In this document: positions 1 to 13,559 of the stretch, piece by piece
Layout of the letters: every line of letters starts with the position of its first letter
Position numbering within the stretch: the first letter of the stretch is position 1
Assembly: GCA_951406725.2 (NCBI GenBank)
Contig: CATOCA020000002.1
Coordinates: 186,001-250,000 of the forward strand
Source: Octopus vulgaris
Taxonomy: Eukaryota
DNA length: 64,000 bases
Direction of reading: 5' to 3'
Notes under the pieces: generated by a model
What the model was told of the DNA's origin: nothing
The model's database searches: none
The model's input: the letters and a program-made list of their open reading frames with translations, nothing else
Made by a program: the position numbers and the translations under genes

Positions 1-65
1 GTGATGTTTTGTACCAATATATGCATGCGTGTGTGTGTGTATATATATATATATATAATTTATAT

Positions 66-134
<69 letters not shown>

Positions 135-138
<4 letters not shown>

Positions 139-632
139 GAAACTGATGATATTAGCTCAAACTCAGTCACAGGGCCTGATGGATTCCCAGCAATCCTCCT
201 AAAGAAATGCAAAGGAGCTCTAGCAAAACTGCTTTAGATTCTCTTTCAGAGCTTCTTCATGACTGAGAGACTTCCCAAAAGAATTAAAGGAAAGTATAAT
301 ATGCGCTATCCATAAGGGAGGTAGCAGAGTAGATGCTAAAAATTATTGACCTGTATCTCTAACTTCCCATATCAGCAAAGTCATGGAACGCATTGTCAGG
401 AAGAAGCTGCCTTACACAGCTTTTGCAACATTATGACTGGGTGTTGAAACAATTAATCGCTCAAATGTGGATGTACTATATCCAGGCAGGAAACTCAAAA
501 GAGGGCAGCAGAGTCAAACTTCCTCCTTCACCAAAATCCAATCACATAGAATTGACCAGTTTAAGGATGATTACACTGTCGATGCTCCAGCATGGCCACA
601 GCCTCAGGGCTGAAACACATAACAGAATACAC
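135..632 (+). mobile_element. CR1/L2-like LINE remnant (pre-RT segment joined to 3' tail)
   Basis: Broken frames give GPDGFPAILLKKC, PVSLTSHISKVMER and GRSCLTQLLQHYD; tail ccagcatggccacagcctcagggctgaaac is shared with the other CR1 copies in the window. Confidence 0.8.
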
Positions 633-721
633 ACACACGCATATAAGTTTCAGTTGAATTAGGTACTTAAATTGAAGCATCAAGCCAGTTTGGTATAGTC
701 CATGCAGCTCAAAGTCAGGTG

Positions 722-1065
722 AACAAAATGCAAATAAGCAACATGGACGTCCAGATATCAATGCATTACAGCTTTTTTTTAGCGGTTCCATTTAATTGAT
801 CAATGAAAACATTACACCAATTTGGAAGAAACCACTCTCCTCAGTTGCAGATGACCATATATATTTCCAACATAAAGGATAAACCATTTCTAGTATTTAT
901 AGTAAATTTATATCAGTACTAGAAACCTATATGGTCATCTGCAACTGAGGAAAGAGGTTTCTTTCAAACTGATGTAATGTTTTCATTGGCTGATTAAATG
1001 GAACCGCTTGAAATGACCATAATGCATTGATAGCTGGACATTCTTGTTACTTATTTGCATTTTAT
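722..1065. repeat. Diverged fold-back repeat of a PLE pseudo-LTR segment carrying a hammerhead motif in each arm
   Basis: About 722-895 is the reverse complement of about 915-1065; same family as 9590-9720. Confidence 0.8.
940..1026 (+). ncRNA. Degenerate type-I hammerhead ribozyme motif (more decayed minus-strand copy at 761-849)
   Basis: tgcaa CTGAGGA aagaggttt...gaaccgctt GAAA tgacca TA atgca; stem III appears decayed by CpG loss from cggccg. Confidence 0.6.
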
Positions 1066-1119
1066 ATACCCATACATATATATAAATACACACATACACA
1101 CACATATACACATATATAT

Positions 1120-2245
1120 ACAAGGTGTCCATAAAGTCTCTATAATTTCAAAAATTTATTACAAGAGCAAATAAATAGATAAATCTGTGGAAATGATTAC
1201 AAATTAAGGGAAAGATATTGAAGTTTGTTTTGCCTCATTTAATATATCTCTATATGGGTGCTATGAGTTGTAAGAAGCACATCAAGATGGTAATCAATTT
1301 CTTGCCATGTTTACCTTAGCATAGCATCATCAATGGTGGTAATGGCATCGGTGATCCTGTATCTTTATTCAATACATAACCCCATAAAAATTCCAGGGAA
1401 GTGATATCTGAGGACAAGGTGGCCAGGGAATTAGGCCATCCCTTCCAATACACTGGTCTAGAAACGTTTAATTTAGGAACCCACAAACATGCAGTTTCCA
1501 ATGTGGTGATGCACCATCCTGCTCGAAAATGATGGTTGGTTGAAGGTCATCCAGCTATGATGCCACATATTCAGTCAAAAGGTCATGGTAAACATTTGCC
1601 AAAATTGATCTCTCTGAAGAAAAATGGACCAATGATTTCATTGTATATCATCTCCCACCAGACATTCACCTTTGGTCTATCTCGATGAAGTTCCCTAGTC
1701 ACATTGGGGTGTTCTGATTCCCAGATCCTCACATTATGTGTGTTAAGTTTCCCTGAAACATGAAAGGTTGCCTCAGCAGTAAAACGAACTTGGGTGAGGA
1801 AAGCTGCATCCTCAGAAATTCGTTTCAGGATGTTAACTGCAAACTCATTTCATCTTGGTTAATCATTTGGTTTGTGTGCCTGTAAGAGTTGCACTTTGTA
1901 AGTGTACAATCACAAGTTCTTTTGTCGGACTTTGTGCACTGCTGAACGTGGTAGCTGTATCTGTTTGGCAGTGGTACGTATGGACTTTGGAGGAGAACTA
2001 GCAAAGGCTAGTCTTACATGATCAATGTTTTCTTCGGATAATTTTGGTCATCCACCCCTCCCATTACCCAACACTGTTCCTGTTTCTATAAGTTTCTTGT
2101 GCCATGCATGAACTGACAGACATGATACTGGATGTCTTCCATACTTAATTCTGTAGTTTTGCTAGGTCTGCATGTCAGATTTTGTTTCAATAAACCACAA
2201 TACACATGGTGCCTTTTCTTGAAGAGTAGCCATTTTTTGGAAATA
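1120..2245 (-). mobile_element. Degenerate Tc1/mariner transposon, rosa/DD41D-like
   Basis: Minus frames give MATLQEKAPCVLWFIETKS, YKVQLLQ, EATFHVSGKLNTHNVRIW, FEQDGASPH, CIGR and WPP; TIR-like caaggtgtccataaagtc follows TA at about 1120. Confidence 0.8.
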
Positions 2246-2254
2246 TGTAGTGTA

Positions 2255-2850
2255 TGAGAAGACCCAGTAAGCCAAGTGAGACCATAACCCGTGGCCTATG
2301 CCAGGGGTGTAACCAGCCCACTTATGTGCACCTTTCCTACATTGGACACTAAACTCTGCTTGCAAAGACCTGTTGAGGCAAGTGAAATCGAAATCAAATT
2401 CACAAATTCGATGACTGGCACCTGTGCCAGTGGAGAGCTAAGAGCACCATCTTGAGCATGATCACTGCCGGAGCAGCTGACTGGCTTTTGTGCTGGTGAC
2501 ATGTAAAGAGCACCTTTCAAATGTGATCGTTACCAGCGTTGCCTTACTGGCACATGAAAAACATTCAAGTGAGGTCGTTACCAGTGCCACTGGACTGGCT
2601 CCTGTGCAGGTGGCACATAAAAAAACACCACTTGAGTGTAGCCATTGCCAGTACCACCTGACTGGCCCTCGTGCCAGTAGCATGTGAAAGCACCCACTAG
2701 ACTCTCAGAGTGGTTGGTGCTAGGAAGAGCATCCAGCTGTAGAAACTCTGCCAGATCAGATTGGAGCCTGGTGCAGCCATCTGGTTCGCCAGTCCTCGGT
2801 CAATCGTCCAACCCATGCTAGCATGGAAAGCAGACGTTAAATGATGATAT
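2255..2850 (+). mobile_element. 5'-truncated RTE LINE 3' end
   Basis: Matches the 3' UTR of the RTE at 23370-25615; ends gctagcatggaaagcagacgttaaatgatgat. Confidence 0.85.
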
Positions 2851-2868
2851 ATATATATATAGGTATAG

Positions 2869-2915
<47 letters not shown>

Positions 2916-2974
2916 ATATACACATACATATGTATGTATGTATATATATATGTACATACATATATGTAAATGGT

Positions 2975-3130
2975 GAAGGCACATAGCTTGGGTAACATTG
3001 GTGGCATAGAGAGGGGAGGCTGATATGCATGGGTGACAGCTGGACTTCCATAAATAATCTTGCCCAGACTTGTACCTCAGAGGGTAATTTTCTAGGTGCA
3101 ATCCCATGGTCATTTATGACTGAAGGAGGT
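2975..3130 (+). mobile_element. 3' part of tRNA-derived SINE
   Basis: Homologous to 18520-18680. Confidence 0.75.
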
Positions 3131-3149
3131 ATATATATATATATATATA

Positions 3150-3915
3150 TATGCAAATTCATCAGACTTAGAGCACCATATTCATAGGATTAACAGCCAT
3201 AAACTGAGGCGAAGATTAGTCAGCATTCAAAATAACCTTCTCGACATCAACCATAACTCATATGACCAACCTAAAGACAATGTTTATAACTTAAATTATA
3301 CTACCAAACAACAGAGCAATAATTACAATATCCATGATAACTATCCAAAACATAACACCAGCAACAATTCAAATAATAAACTGAGAAAACCTACTGATAA
3401 TAAAACGATAATATTGACAACCAACATACCGAACAGAACCAATCTCTCCAGCGCTCAATGTACACAAGCCAACAAAATCAAACAGTTATGCTCATGCAGA
3501 GATAGATCCAATTGTCCTTTGGATAACCAATGTATGACTAAGAACATGGTATACAAGTGCACTATAAACACTAGAGGAGGCCCCTACTTATATATTGGGG
3601 CATTGGCCAATTTTTTCAAAAATTGATACTGTAACCACATTGCCAGCTTTTGAAATATCCTTAAACGATATGTAACATCACTGGCCAATTTATCTGGAGG
3701 CTTAAGGAGCCAAAGATAAAATACAACCTTACATGGTCAATACTTAGACATGCAAGTCCCTACAACACTATATCTCAGAAATGCCAGTTATACTCCAAGG
3801 AGTCACTCTTGATAATGTTAACAAAGGAGTGCATTATAAATAAATTCATTGAACAATTACCCAGATGTCTAGACACACATTCACATATTACAATCCATGG
3901 CACCCACAACTCTTA
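3150..3915 (+). mobile_element. Penelope-like element fragment (GIY-YIG endonuclease, Naiad-like)
   Basis: CSCRDRSNCPLDNQCMTKNMVYKC...YLYIGA; downstream TSLA, WSIL and KCQL motifs interrupted by stops. Confidence 0.85.
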
Positions 3916-4378
3916 AAACACATGAACTTGAGGAACTATATTTGAATAACTTGCATTTGACATATGATCTTGTAATCTAGATCTATATATATGTATATAA
4001 AAAATATATATAAAAATACAAAATGGGACAAGAACGCAAAACATTCAAATAGACACAAAAAAAACGGACGGGTCATTCAAAGCCTCTAATCTTCAGTCAA
4101 GAACCAGATCATCCTCGCAATTTCAGCTGATTAATCTTGAGATCGCTCCAATCCGGCCAGCCCCAAGGAAAAACTAAGCTACGAGCATTAGATTTCTTGG
4201 AAAAAGGATCGAATGTATACGAAACAAGGACAGAAAAACGGATGATGCCACACAAATATAAATACAAAAAATAATAATAATAATAACAGGACAAAAACAA
4301 CAGGTGTGTTTCGACTTTAAACAGTTCAACTTAGCTTAGCTGGCGTATTTGGAAAATATGTATATGTATATATATATA

Positions 4379-4421
<43 letters not shown>

Positions 4422-4611
4422 ATGCATAAATGTGTGTGTGTATATGTACATATATATAGATATATATGTCTACATATTCATCTGTGTGCATTTGTGTTTT
4501 TATAGGTATATTAGTGTGAATATGTGGATATGTGTATGCAGGCGTGTGTTTATGTGTGCATATGCATACATGTGTGTATATGTGCATAAGTATGTATGTA
4601 TGTATGTAGGT

Positions 4612-5141
4612 ATCATCATCATCATCATCATCATCATTTAACGTCCGCTTTCCATGCTAGCATGGGTTGGACGGTTCAACTGGAGTCTGGGGAGCCCGAA
4701 GGCTGCACCAGGCCAGTCAGATCTGGCAGTGTTTCTACAGCTGGATGCCCTTCCTAACGCCAACTACTCCGAGAGTGTAGTGGGTGATTTTATGTGCCAC
4801 CGACACAGGTGCCAGACGAGGCTGGCGAACGGCCACGCTCGGATGGTGTTTTTTATGTGCCACCGACACAGGTGCCAGACGAGGCTGGCAGACGGCCACG
4901 CTCGGATGGTGTTTTTATGTGCCACTGACACAAGTGCCAGATGAGGCTGGCGAACGGCCACGATCGGATGGTGTTTGTTACGTGCCCACAGCACGGAGGC
5001 CAGTCGATGCGGTACTGGCTACGGCCACGTTCGGATGGTTTTCTTGTGTGCCTCCGGAACTGGTACCACAAAGATACAAATTCCATTGATGTTCATCTAT
5101 TTTGATTTTTTTTGATTTTCACTTGCCTCAACAGGTCTTCA
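4612..5141 (-). mobile_element. RTE LINE 3' end with ~62 bp minisatellite
   Basis: (cat)n ttaacgtccgctttccatgctagc tail; about 4 tandem GC-rich units. Confidence 0.85.
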
Positions 5142-5503
5142 TATGTGTGTGTATATATATATATATGTATATATGTATATATATTTACTTATGTGTATAC
5201 GTGAGTGTATTAACACGTGTCTGTGTCAAACTATGCACAGACGTCTGTATCTTGCTTTACATATGAATATATACACATATTTATCTATGCTATGTATGTA
5301 TATTTATGTATATATATTTGTACGTACCTGCATATGGGTTCCTATACATATATATATATGTATATAGTCATCCATATGTGTGCGTATGCATGTATATCTA
5401 GTTGTATGTATATGCCTATATACTTGGATATATGTGTGAGCATGTATATATATGTGTGTATATATATATATCGTCGTTTAACGTCCGTTCTCCATGCTAG
5501 CAT

Positions 5504-5537
<34 letters not shown>

Positions 5538-6099
5538 CTGTGTATGTATATGTGGATCTAAGCACGAACACAAAAAAATTATCTTCCTTTCAAATTCTAC
5601 TTCCATTTCTTTCTCTTAACAGTTACAAAAGTGAAGGTTCATTATGTCATTTTCTCTAAACTAGAATGTATACTTTTCACGTCCATATTTGGATTTTTTT
5701 GCGTTTCAATAATTTTTCACTGTTTTTACTAATTTTCGAATATGATGGACATATAGCAGTACGTAAGCCAACTCAAGAAATCTCTAGTGAAACTTTTTAT
5801 TGATGAACCTGAAGAGCCCAGAACAGGTCGAAATATGTGTTGTACCCAATAAAGTCTATTACACATTCCATCTCCTATTTTATTATTACTATTACCCCAG
5901 CCACCACTACAAAGTTCCTGCAATAAATCTATGGATAGCAACAGATAATTGAAACTGAGCCAGTGCTTTACTTATCATCTATTTATACATTTGTATAATT
6001 TCTCCATTATATACATAGGTTTATATACATTATATACATAGGTTTATATATATAGACATATATTTTATATGCATACATATATATTTAAAAAAAGGAAAA

Positions 6100-7721
6100 G
6101 AATGACTTCACTGGTAGTTCTAATCAATTTAATTTTGTAATGATATCATGTAACAGTTTGGTTTTTAGATCTAGTAAGTTCTTTGTTAACTTTGGTGGGG
6201 AGATTTTTTAAAGTTTCCTGGTTAACTTTTCAGGAGAACTTTCTTGCATTCATCGGTGGTGATTATCAAACAGATCTCAGGTTGTGTTGTGCTATGTGAT
6301 TCTATATATAAGAGATTTGGGTGTGTCTGGGGTGGGAGTGGGGTTTGTTAATAAATGTGGGAGTGAAAGAGTGTTGATGAACAAGAGCTGAAAGAAAATA
6401 GTGAATGGTAAAAACAAGATAATTTATTGCGGGTGGAGTTGGGAGGTGGTGGGGGTGTTTAAGGAGTGTTTTATGAAGGGCTTATGCCCTCCTGTTGGTT
6501 CCATTTGAATAGTTGACCTTTGATGAAAAATATAATAGTTTTGGAATGTATTTCTGCAAAGATTCCATTCCATCACAAACAGGCTCCACAAAACAATACA
6601 ATTTACCATGGAATGTAATAGAAAGGAACTACCATTTCTGGATATCCTTGTCACTAAAGGGGAAAATATTGAATCAGACTTTATTTTACAAACCAACAGA
6701 CATACACCAATACTTAAATTCCCGATCAGCACACCCCACACATACCATAAGGAACATTTCCTTTAACATGGCAAGGTGCATCTGCACCATAGAAACACTA
6801 CAAGAAAAAAAGATTATATGAACTAAAATGGTGAACTTCATCAATATGGCCATCTCCAAAGCCCAGAACATTCCAGTGACAACACTGAGAAAAACAAACC
6901 AACAAAATAAAAAGGAAAAAACAGTTATCCCTTTTGTTGTCACTCATAACCCACGGAACTTCAACATTGTGAAAGCTGTCAAACAATATCTCCCAATTCT
7001 CTAGCAACCCGCCAAAATGAATGCACTCATAAAAGACTCACTAACAATATACACGCCAAGTACCCAAAATAAAAAAACTGTTCACCAAGGCAAAATTTAT
7101 GTCTACTATTGAAACAATGTAAGTCAAGAAATGTGGGGACCCCTGATGTGGAACTTGTGAATATATTAAAGAGGGTGGACAAATCTCCTTTAAAAACGAG
7201 ATTTTCAAAATTAATGCAAACATGAACTGTAAAGCAAAAAACTTAATTTACTGAACAACTTGCCCACAATGTAAAGAATGCTACGTTGGTGAAACTGGAA
7301 GGGGACTACATTACAGTGTTCATGTACATAAACAATTTAAAGACCCCTCTGTCAGAAACACCAGTTGCAGTGACTACTTTGCATCATGCATAAAGGGAAA
7401 ATTCATAATCTTCCCCTTCTTTAAGTTATAGTTGGACAATGAACATTTCCAGAAATATAAAAAAGAATTCTTTATTAGAAAGTACAAACCACTACTGAAT
7501 ACAAAAAGAAAATGATATTCAACCCACCAATAATGGGATTCTCTCTTTGTTTTGTTTAAAAAAAAAGATGCATATCCAAATAGAAGTGGATGACACCCAC
7601 ACTTTCAATCATTCGATCGTTGAAGAGAACAACCCTCGGAAGTACACTACCATTTCACTAACACCTCTTCCCCAAAGTACATGTGAACTTAAATACTTAA
7701 GTAGTGTAGATATGTATACAA

Positions 7722-7759
<38 letters not shown>

Positions 7760-8620
7760 GCATGTGCAAATATATGGGTTCGTATGAACTAGTAAAAAAT
7801 ATGTGCATGTATGTAGATATATATGTATGTATGTGTACATGGGTATATGTATGTATATTTATTCATGTGTGTATATGTGTATGTGTGTGTATGTATATGT
7901 GCATGTATGTGTGTGCATATATATGTGTGTGTGTGTGTATGTATAAGTGTATGTATATATGTATACATTTTGTTTGTTTATATGTGTGGAGCAAATATGT
8001 GAGCTAGTATGCTCTCTCCCCTGCCTCCCCCTCCAAACCAATATAAAAAATACATTTCTATCAACAGACATTCCAAAACTAAACTTATAACATTTCTATC
8101 AACAGACATTCCAAAACTAAACTTATATATTTTTTTCTCTCTGCTATCATACCCTTTTTATCAAAAGACATGCATCTTACACCTCATTACCCCCACCCCC
8201 CATCTCGACTCACAACTACACCCATCTTTAACATAGAAAATTATTGAAACTTCCCCTTTTGAAATTAAGATAATTGATTTAACCATGACAGAATTTGAAA
8301 AATGTCTGACCATTATATTTTTCACCACAGGTCAACTATTCAAATGGAACCAGCAAGAGGACACTTTCACAAGCCCTAAATAAAAAAATCCTTAAACACG
8401 CCACCATCTTCAAACTCCACTCTCAATCAATAATCTTGTTTTTACCATTCGTTATTTTCTTTCAGCTCTTTTTCATCAACATTACTTCACTCCCACACTT
8501 ATTAACACTTAGGCTCAAAACGTAAAAGACTTTCTCACTTCTTGAGCATTAAACTAATACATCTGTTTGTTGTGTACACACCTGTCTTTGTCTTTTGTTT
8601 TTTGTAAATTCTCACTATAT
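6100..8620 (+). mobile_element. Neptune-like PLE (RT C-terminus + GIY-YIG at about 6530-7520) with an inverted copy of its 3' region at the 5' end
   Basis: FYKPTDIHQYLNSRSAHPTHT, KCGDP*CGTC, CKAKNLIY, CPQCKECYVGETG; about 6330-6530 is the reverse complement of about 8320-8510. Confidence 0.8.
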
Positions 8621-8645
8621 ATATTTGTATTTATGCATATATATA

Positions 8646-9580
8646 CTAGCAGCTAAGCCCGGTTTCACCCGGTCTGTTTGGATGATGTGGCTGTGATTGT
8701 TTTCGGTTAGCCATAATCTATAACAGCGTTTCTCAACCTAATCATTTCAGGTTCCCTGTTTCTATGAAAATTTCCTGACCCCCACCTCTTGTCAAAAAAC
8801 AGCTTCAGGAGTTGTAAAGAACAAATTTGTACATAGTCTGTTTGTGAGAGCTATTCTATTGGACCTCTGTCTAATCATTAAAACATTGATTTAATTATGA
8901 ACATAGAAATAAATTATACATTAATCTCTATTTTTGTAAGCAGTTGTATCCATAAAACTTTTATTTGCAGAGAGCAGAAATTCAAAGAAGATATATGAAA
9001 TGGACGTGTGTGTGTGTGCGCGTATCGTATAAAATTTTTACGATAGTTGATTTATGGAAAAGATTATGTTAAATTTTTGAAATGCAAATAAGTGAATTAA
9101 AATTAAGTTCAGACCTCTCATGGTAGCTTGACCTGGTAGAAATAGTAGCCAAATCTCCCTACTGTCTTAATCCAATAATTCTGCCTATTATGTAGTTTGA
9201 ATGAAAAACTGTAACTAAAGATTAAGATTATTAACCCCACAAAGAGGTGAAAGAAGAGAAACAGCATAGCGAAAGTTTTGGCTGACTGTCATCCTGTACT
9301 CCCCTTGTTGCTAGCGAAATGGTATATGCCGGCTGTGTGAGCAACTGGTTGTTTTAATAGTGGAACAAACAGGGGAATTCCATTAGAAAAGGTTTTAATC
9401 AATTTTCTCAGTAACTATGGGGGCTAAGAAAAAAATAGAAACCGCATTCCAATCTATGTACCCATCTCCACATGAGTACTATTTTTCATGTGAATCCACC
9501 AGCCGTTTGGCTGTGGACCTCAAGACAAGAAAGACTGCAACGATCGCCCATATCCAATTTGTATTATATATATATATAGA
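8646..9580 (-). mobile_element. Non-autonomous Helitron
   Basis: Minus strand starts A|TCTATATAT at 9580 and ends with hairpin ccgggtgaaaccggg followed by CTAG|T at 8646. Confidence 0.75.
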
Positions 9581-9622
9581 TATATATATAATCAAAATAA
9601 GCAACAGGATATCAAGCAGTAA

Positions 9623-9708
9623 TGCAATATGGCCGTTTCAAGTGGCTCCATTTAATTGAACAATGTAAACATTACATCAATATAAATGCAGTACTATCTT
9701 CAGCTGCA
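9623..9708 (-). ncRNA. Type-I hammerhead ribozyme motif in a PLE-type pseudo-LTR
   Basis: tgcag CTGAAGA tagt...actt GAAA cggcca TA ttgca. Confidence 0.65.
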
Positions 9709-10369
9709 CAAAATATAGAATCTTTTAACAAGAATGACACATTAATATAATAGCGAAGTGGCTAAGAATAGACTACAATTTCTTAGAATTGCATGGAGCA
9801 TAGTGGGGTCATAGGGCTGTAATTCATTTCTAATTTATTTATCTCTTTATCACCTATTAAATCTGGGACTAGCCGACTGTGTCTATTTTGAATAAAGAAT
9901 AAGAGTGAGCTGACAGCTCATGGCTAGGTATGGTCATAAATATTATCATAGGTATACTTTTTCTCCAAGAGAAAGGAAATAAGACATTAGGAAGAGTCAA
10001 TTTGATAGAAGTAGCTAAAAAAGAGGCAGGGTAGGGTGGACTTTAAATCCTGATGTTAATTACCAATTGAAGGACACGACACTAAAAAATTTAAGGTGCT
10101 AATACAGGGAAAATTTATTAAGGACATGATGGGGGAACATTTATAAACAATATAGTTATGTTGTATAAAATAAAATTTAAGAATTCCAAAATGATATCAT
10201 AACCAAAATAGCTAAAAGGTATGTATGTAACAATTATAAACATTAAAAAGGAAGATTATGTAGAATCAGTTTAATAGCCATTCTTGCATTTAATCAATTA
10301 ATTGATTATTAGGTGGTTTCTATAAAGACTGCTCTAGGCACTTACATATGGAATATCTGGAAAGTAAAG

Positions 10370-10830
10370 TTGCAAGGAAACTCTGGAAAAATATCTGAAG
10401 TGGTTTCACTAAAGCCTGCTTACATAACTTCAGTAGAATAGCTAGGAAGCCATCAAGACCAGTTGCTGAGATTGATCTCACTTCATTTATGGCCACTGTT
10501 ACATCTGTCTCATCAATATTGATGTCGCCGATAGTTGGCGCCTCCTGTTTTAGAGCTACAATATTAAAAAATTCAGCCAGGTTTTTTACCTGCATGTGTC
10601 CTGGTGGAGTGAAGTCACTTTTAAATAGTCCACTGAATACCACATTAATCCCATCTGGGTCCATGGTTAGTGAGCCATTCCCTTTGAAAGATGGTCTTAT
10701 TTTATATTGTATTGTGGCTGTTTCTTTTGAAAATTTATAGAAAGCTTTAGGGTTTGTTTTTATGCTTTCTGCAGCTCTGTTCTCTCTTTCCTTTTCATGA
10801 GAGTGTTTGATTTGCATTCAATCTCTAGGG
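10370..10830 (-). mobile_element. CR1-like LINE ORF2 fragment
   Basis: IKTNPKAFYKF...SATGLDGFLAILLKLCKQALVKPL. Confidence 0.8.
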
Positions 10831-10832
10831 GT

Positions 10833-12550
10833 CATCATCATCATCATCGTTGTTGTCATTGTTTAACATCCACTTTCCGTACTGGCATGGGTTGGACAGT
10901 TTAACTGAAAACTGGTAAGCCAGGGAGCTGCACCAGATACCAATTTGATTTGGCAAAGTTTCTACGGCCAGATGCCCTTCCCCAAACCAACCAGTTCAAG
11001 TGTAGTAGGTGATTTTCACATGCCACTAGCACAGGTGCAATTGACATGACACCAGCATTGGCCATGACTACAGTCTCACTTGGCTTGACAGGTCTACACA
11101 AGCATGGTATATCGCCAAACGTCTCAGTCACCTATCACTACCTCCATGAGGTCCAATGCTCGAACGGTGCTTTTTATGAGTGACTGGCACAGTTGCCAGT
11201 CAGATGGTACTGGCATCAGCCACAACTACGATTTCACTTAGCTTGACAGGTCTTCTCAGCACAACATTCACCCAACATTTGCAGAGTGCTTTTTACATGT
11301 CAGTTACATGGCACTAGCATCAGCCATGATTACAGTTTCACTGGGCTTGACGGGTCTCCTCAAGCACAGCATAATGCAAAAGGTATCGATTACTAGTAAT
11401 TTCTTCTATGAGGCCCAATATTTGAAGGTCATGCTTCAACATCTTGTCCAATGTCTTCCTGGGTCTATCTCTTCCACAGGTTCCTTCTATCTTTAGAGTT
11501 GCACATCTTCATACAGCTGTCCTCATCTGTACGCATCACATGACTATACCAGCACAGTCGTCTCTCTTGCACACCACATCTGATGCCACTTATGCCCAAC
11601 TTTTCTCTCAGGATGATTACACTTTGTCATGCATGCACAGTGACATTACACATCCAGTGAAGCATACTAGCTTCATTTCTTTCAAGCCTTAACATGTCCT
11701 TAGCAGTCACAGCCCATGTTTCACTGCTGTGTAGCATGGTTGTTCACACACAGGCATCATACTGTCTGCCTTTCACTCTGAGAGAGTGGCCCTTTGTTAC
11801 CAGCAGAGGTAGGAGCTCTCTGAACTTTGCCCAGCCTATTCTTATTCTAGCAGCTACATGCTCAGAGCATCTGAGAGTGTGACCCAATGACTGGTGTAGC
11901 AGTACCAAAGTCAACTGCCACAAAGGTAAAGGTGATGCATTAGATACAAATAATTACAGAGGTATCAAGTTGTTGGATCAGGTAATGAAAGTCACGGAGA
12001 GGGTCATAGCCCAACTAATTAGGAAGAGAGTTAGTTTAGATGTGATGCAGGAGAAATACCTAACCAAAAATAAACCTCTGTACCTGGCTTTTGTTGACAT
12101 GAAGAAAGCCTTTGTCAGGATCCTCCGATCCCTTATCTTGTGGTGAATGGTTAGTGAGAGCTGTGCAAGTCATGTACAGGGATGCTATCAGTAAGGTGAG
12201 GGTTGGCAATGAGTATAGTGAAGAATTCCGGGTAAGTTCTTAGCCCTCTCTTACTCATCATAGTCCTTCAGGCAATAACAGAGGAATTCAAGATAGGATG
12301 CCCCTGGGAGCTCCTCTATGCTGATGACCTTGCTCTAACAGTTGAGACCCTATCAGAACTAGAGGAGAAGTTTCAGGTGTGGAAGCAAGGTCTAAAATTG
12401 AAAAGCCTTAGAGTCAATCTAACAAAAACCAAAGTCTTAATAAGTAGGAAGGCAGACAAATCACAAATCTCTTCAGGTAGATGGCCCTGCCCGATCTGTA
12501 GAAAAGGCATAGGTAGAAATTCCATAAGATGTACCCAGTGTAAGCTTTGA
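10833..12550 (-). mobile_element. RTE LINE with 5' inversion (minus 10833-11875, plus 11878-12550)
   Basis: Minus part: tail, 3' UTR and RIGWAKFRELL; plus part: PNDWCSS, YRGIKLL, LYADDL, CTQCKL. Confidence 0.85.
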
Positions 12551-13439
12551 CATTGTTGTAACATTAACAGACACAAAAATAACATAGACATATAAACAGT
12601 TAATACCACAAACAACACACACCAGTTACCCCCACCTGCATACACACACATGCATGTGCATGGACATATTCTGTGAAAGAAAGAACTTTTCATTCTCCAT
12701 CCATTTCCAGTCATTCCAAAAAGTAACTACATGTGGATTGTTGGCAATTTTTTTCCTCTGTTTTCCTTTTCTCTTGGACTTTCCTCTGTCTCCTGTTTCT
12801 GAAGAAGACCTTTGACCGAAATGTAAAACACTCTTTCTTTCCTTCACTGAGCATCTTTTAATACTATGCATGTACCACATCTTTGCATTGTTGTTTTTTC
12901 TTGTAGTATTTTTTCTTCATTTTTTTCTGGATTAATTATATATATATGAGTGTGTGTATTACACACACACACACACAATAATGGAGAAAGCTGCTTATTA
13001 ATTAGGCATGTAACAATTACTAAAAGTACTAAAAGAAAGCAATATTAAAAGCTTGACTGTCTGAAAATATTTTCATAAATTCATGTTCTAAGAAATTTCC
13101 TATAATTTCAATTTCTGAAGTTTTAAAATGTTCTAACACCAAATTCTTTCATATTTAAATATTCATTGCATTCACTGCACCCAATTCTTCATAAATTTAA
13201 ATATTCATTGTATTTACTGCGGAGTAGATCTTAATGTTTAATAATAACCACTATAAATTCATTGCAAGCAACATTTATGTTTTTATTTGCAACAGTTTCT
13301 CATCTTCACTTGCCTCTCTTTTAATTAATGATAATTTAATAATAGCTATATACAAGACACAATTTCAAGAATATTATCAGTTTTCGGAGTTTGTTAAATG
13401 AATATTTTTGATAAAATGAAAATCTTTAATGTTCTTTCC

Positions 13440-13504
<65 letters not shown>

Positions 13505-13559
13505 ACACTCCAAGTTTGATTTCATTATTACACAAATATCACGTTTGCATTTTGCAATT

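Noticed and set aside
4784-5089. CRISPR-like regular repeats
   Set aside because: Whole ~62 bp units repeat without unique spacers; part of the RTE 3' UTR; no cas genes; eukaryotic context
5800-5850. CTGAAGA...CGAAA hammerhead-like string
   Set aside because: Stems I and III do not pair convincingly; at best a decayed copy
12794-12830. Short minimal HHR-like relics (also about 8510 and 63740)
   Set aside because: Stem II or core too mutated to call
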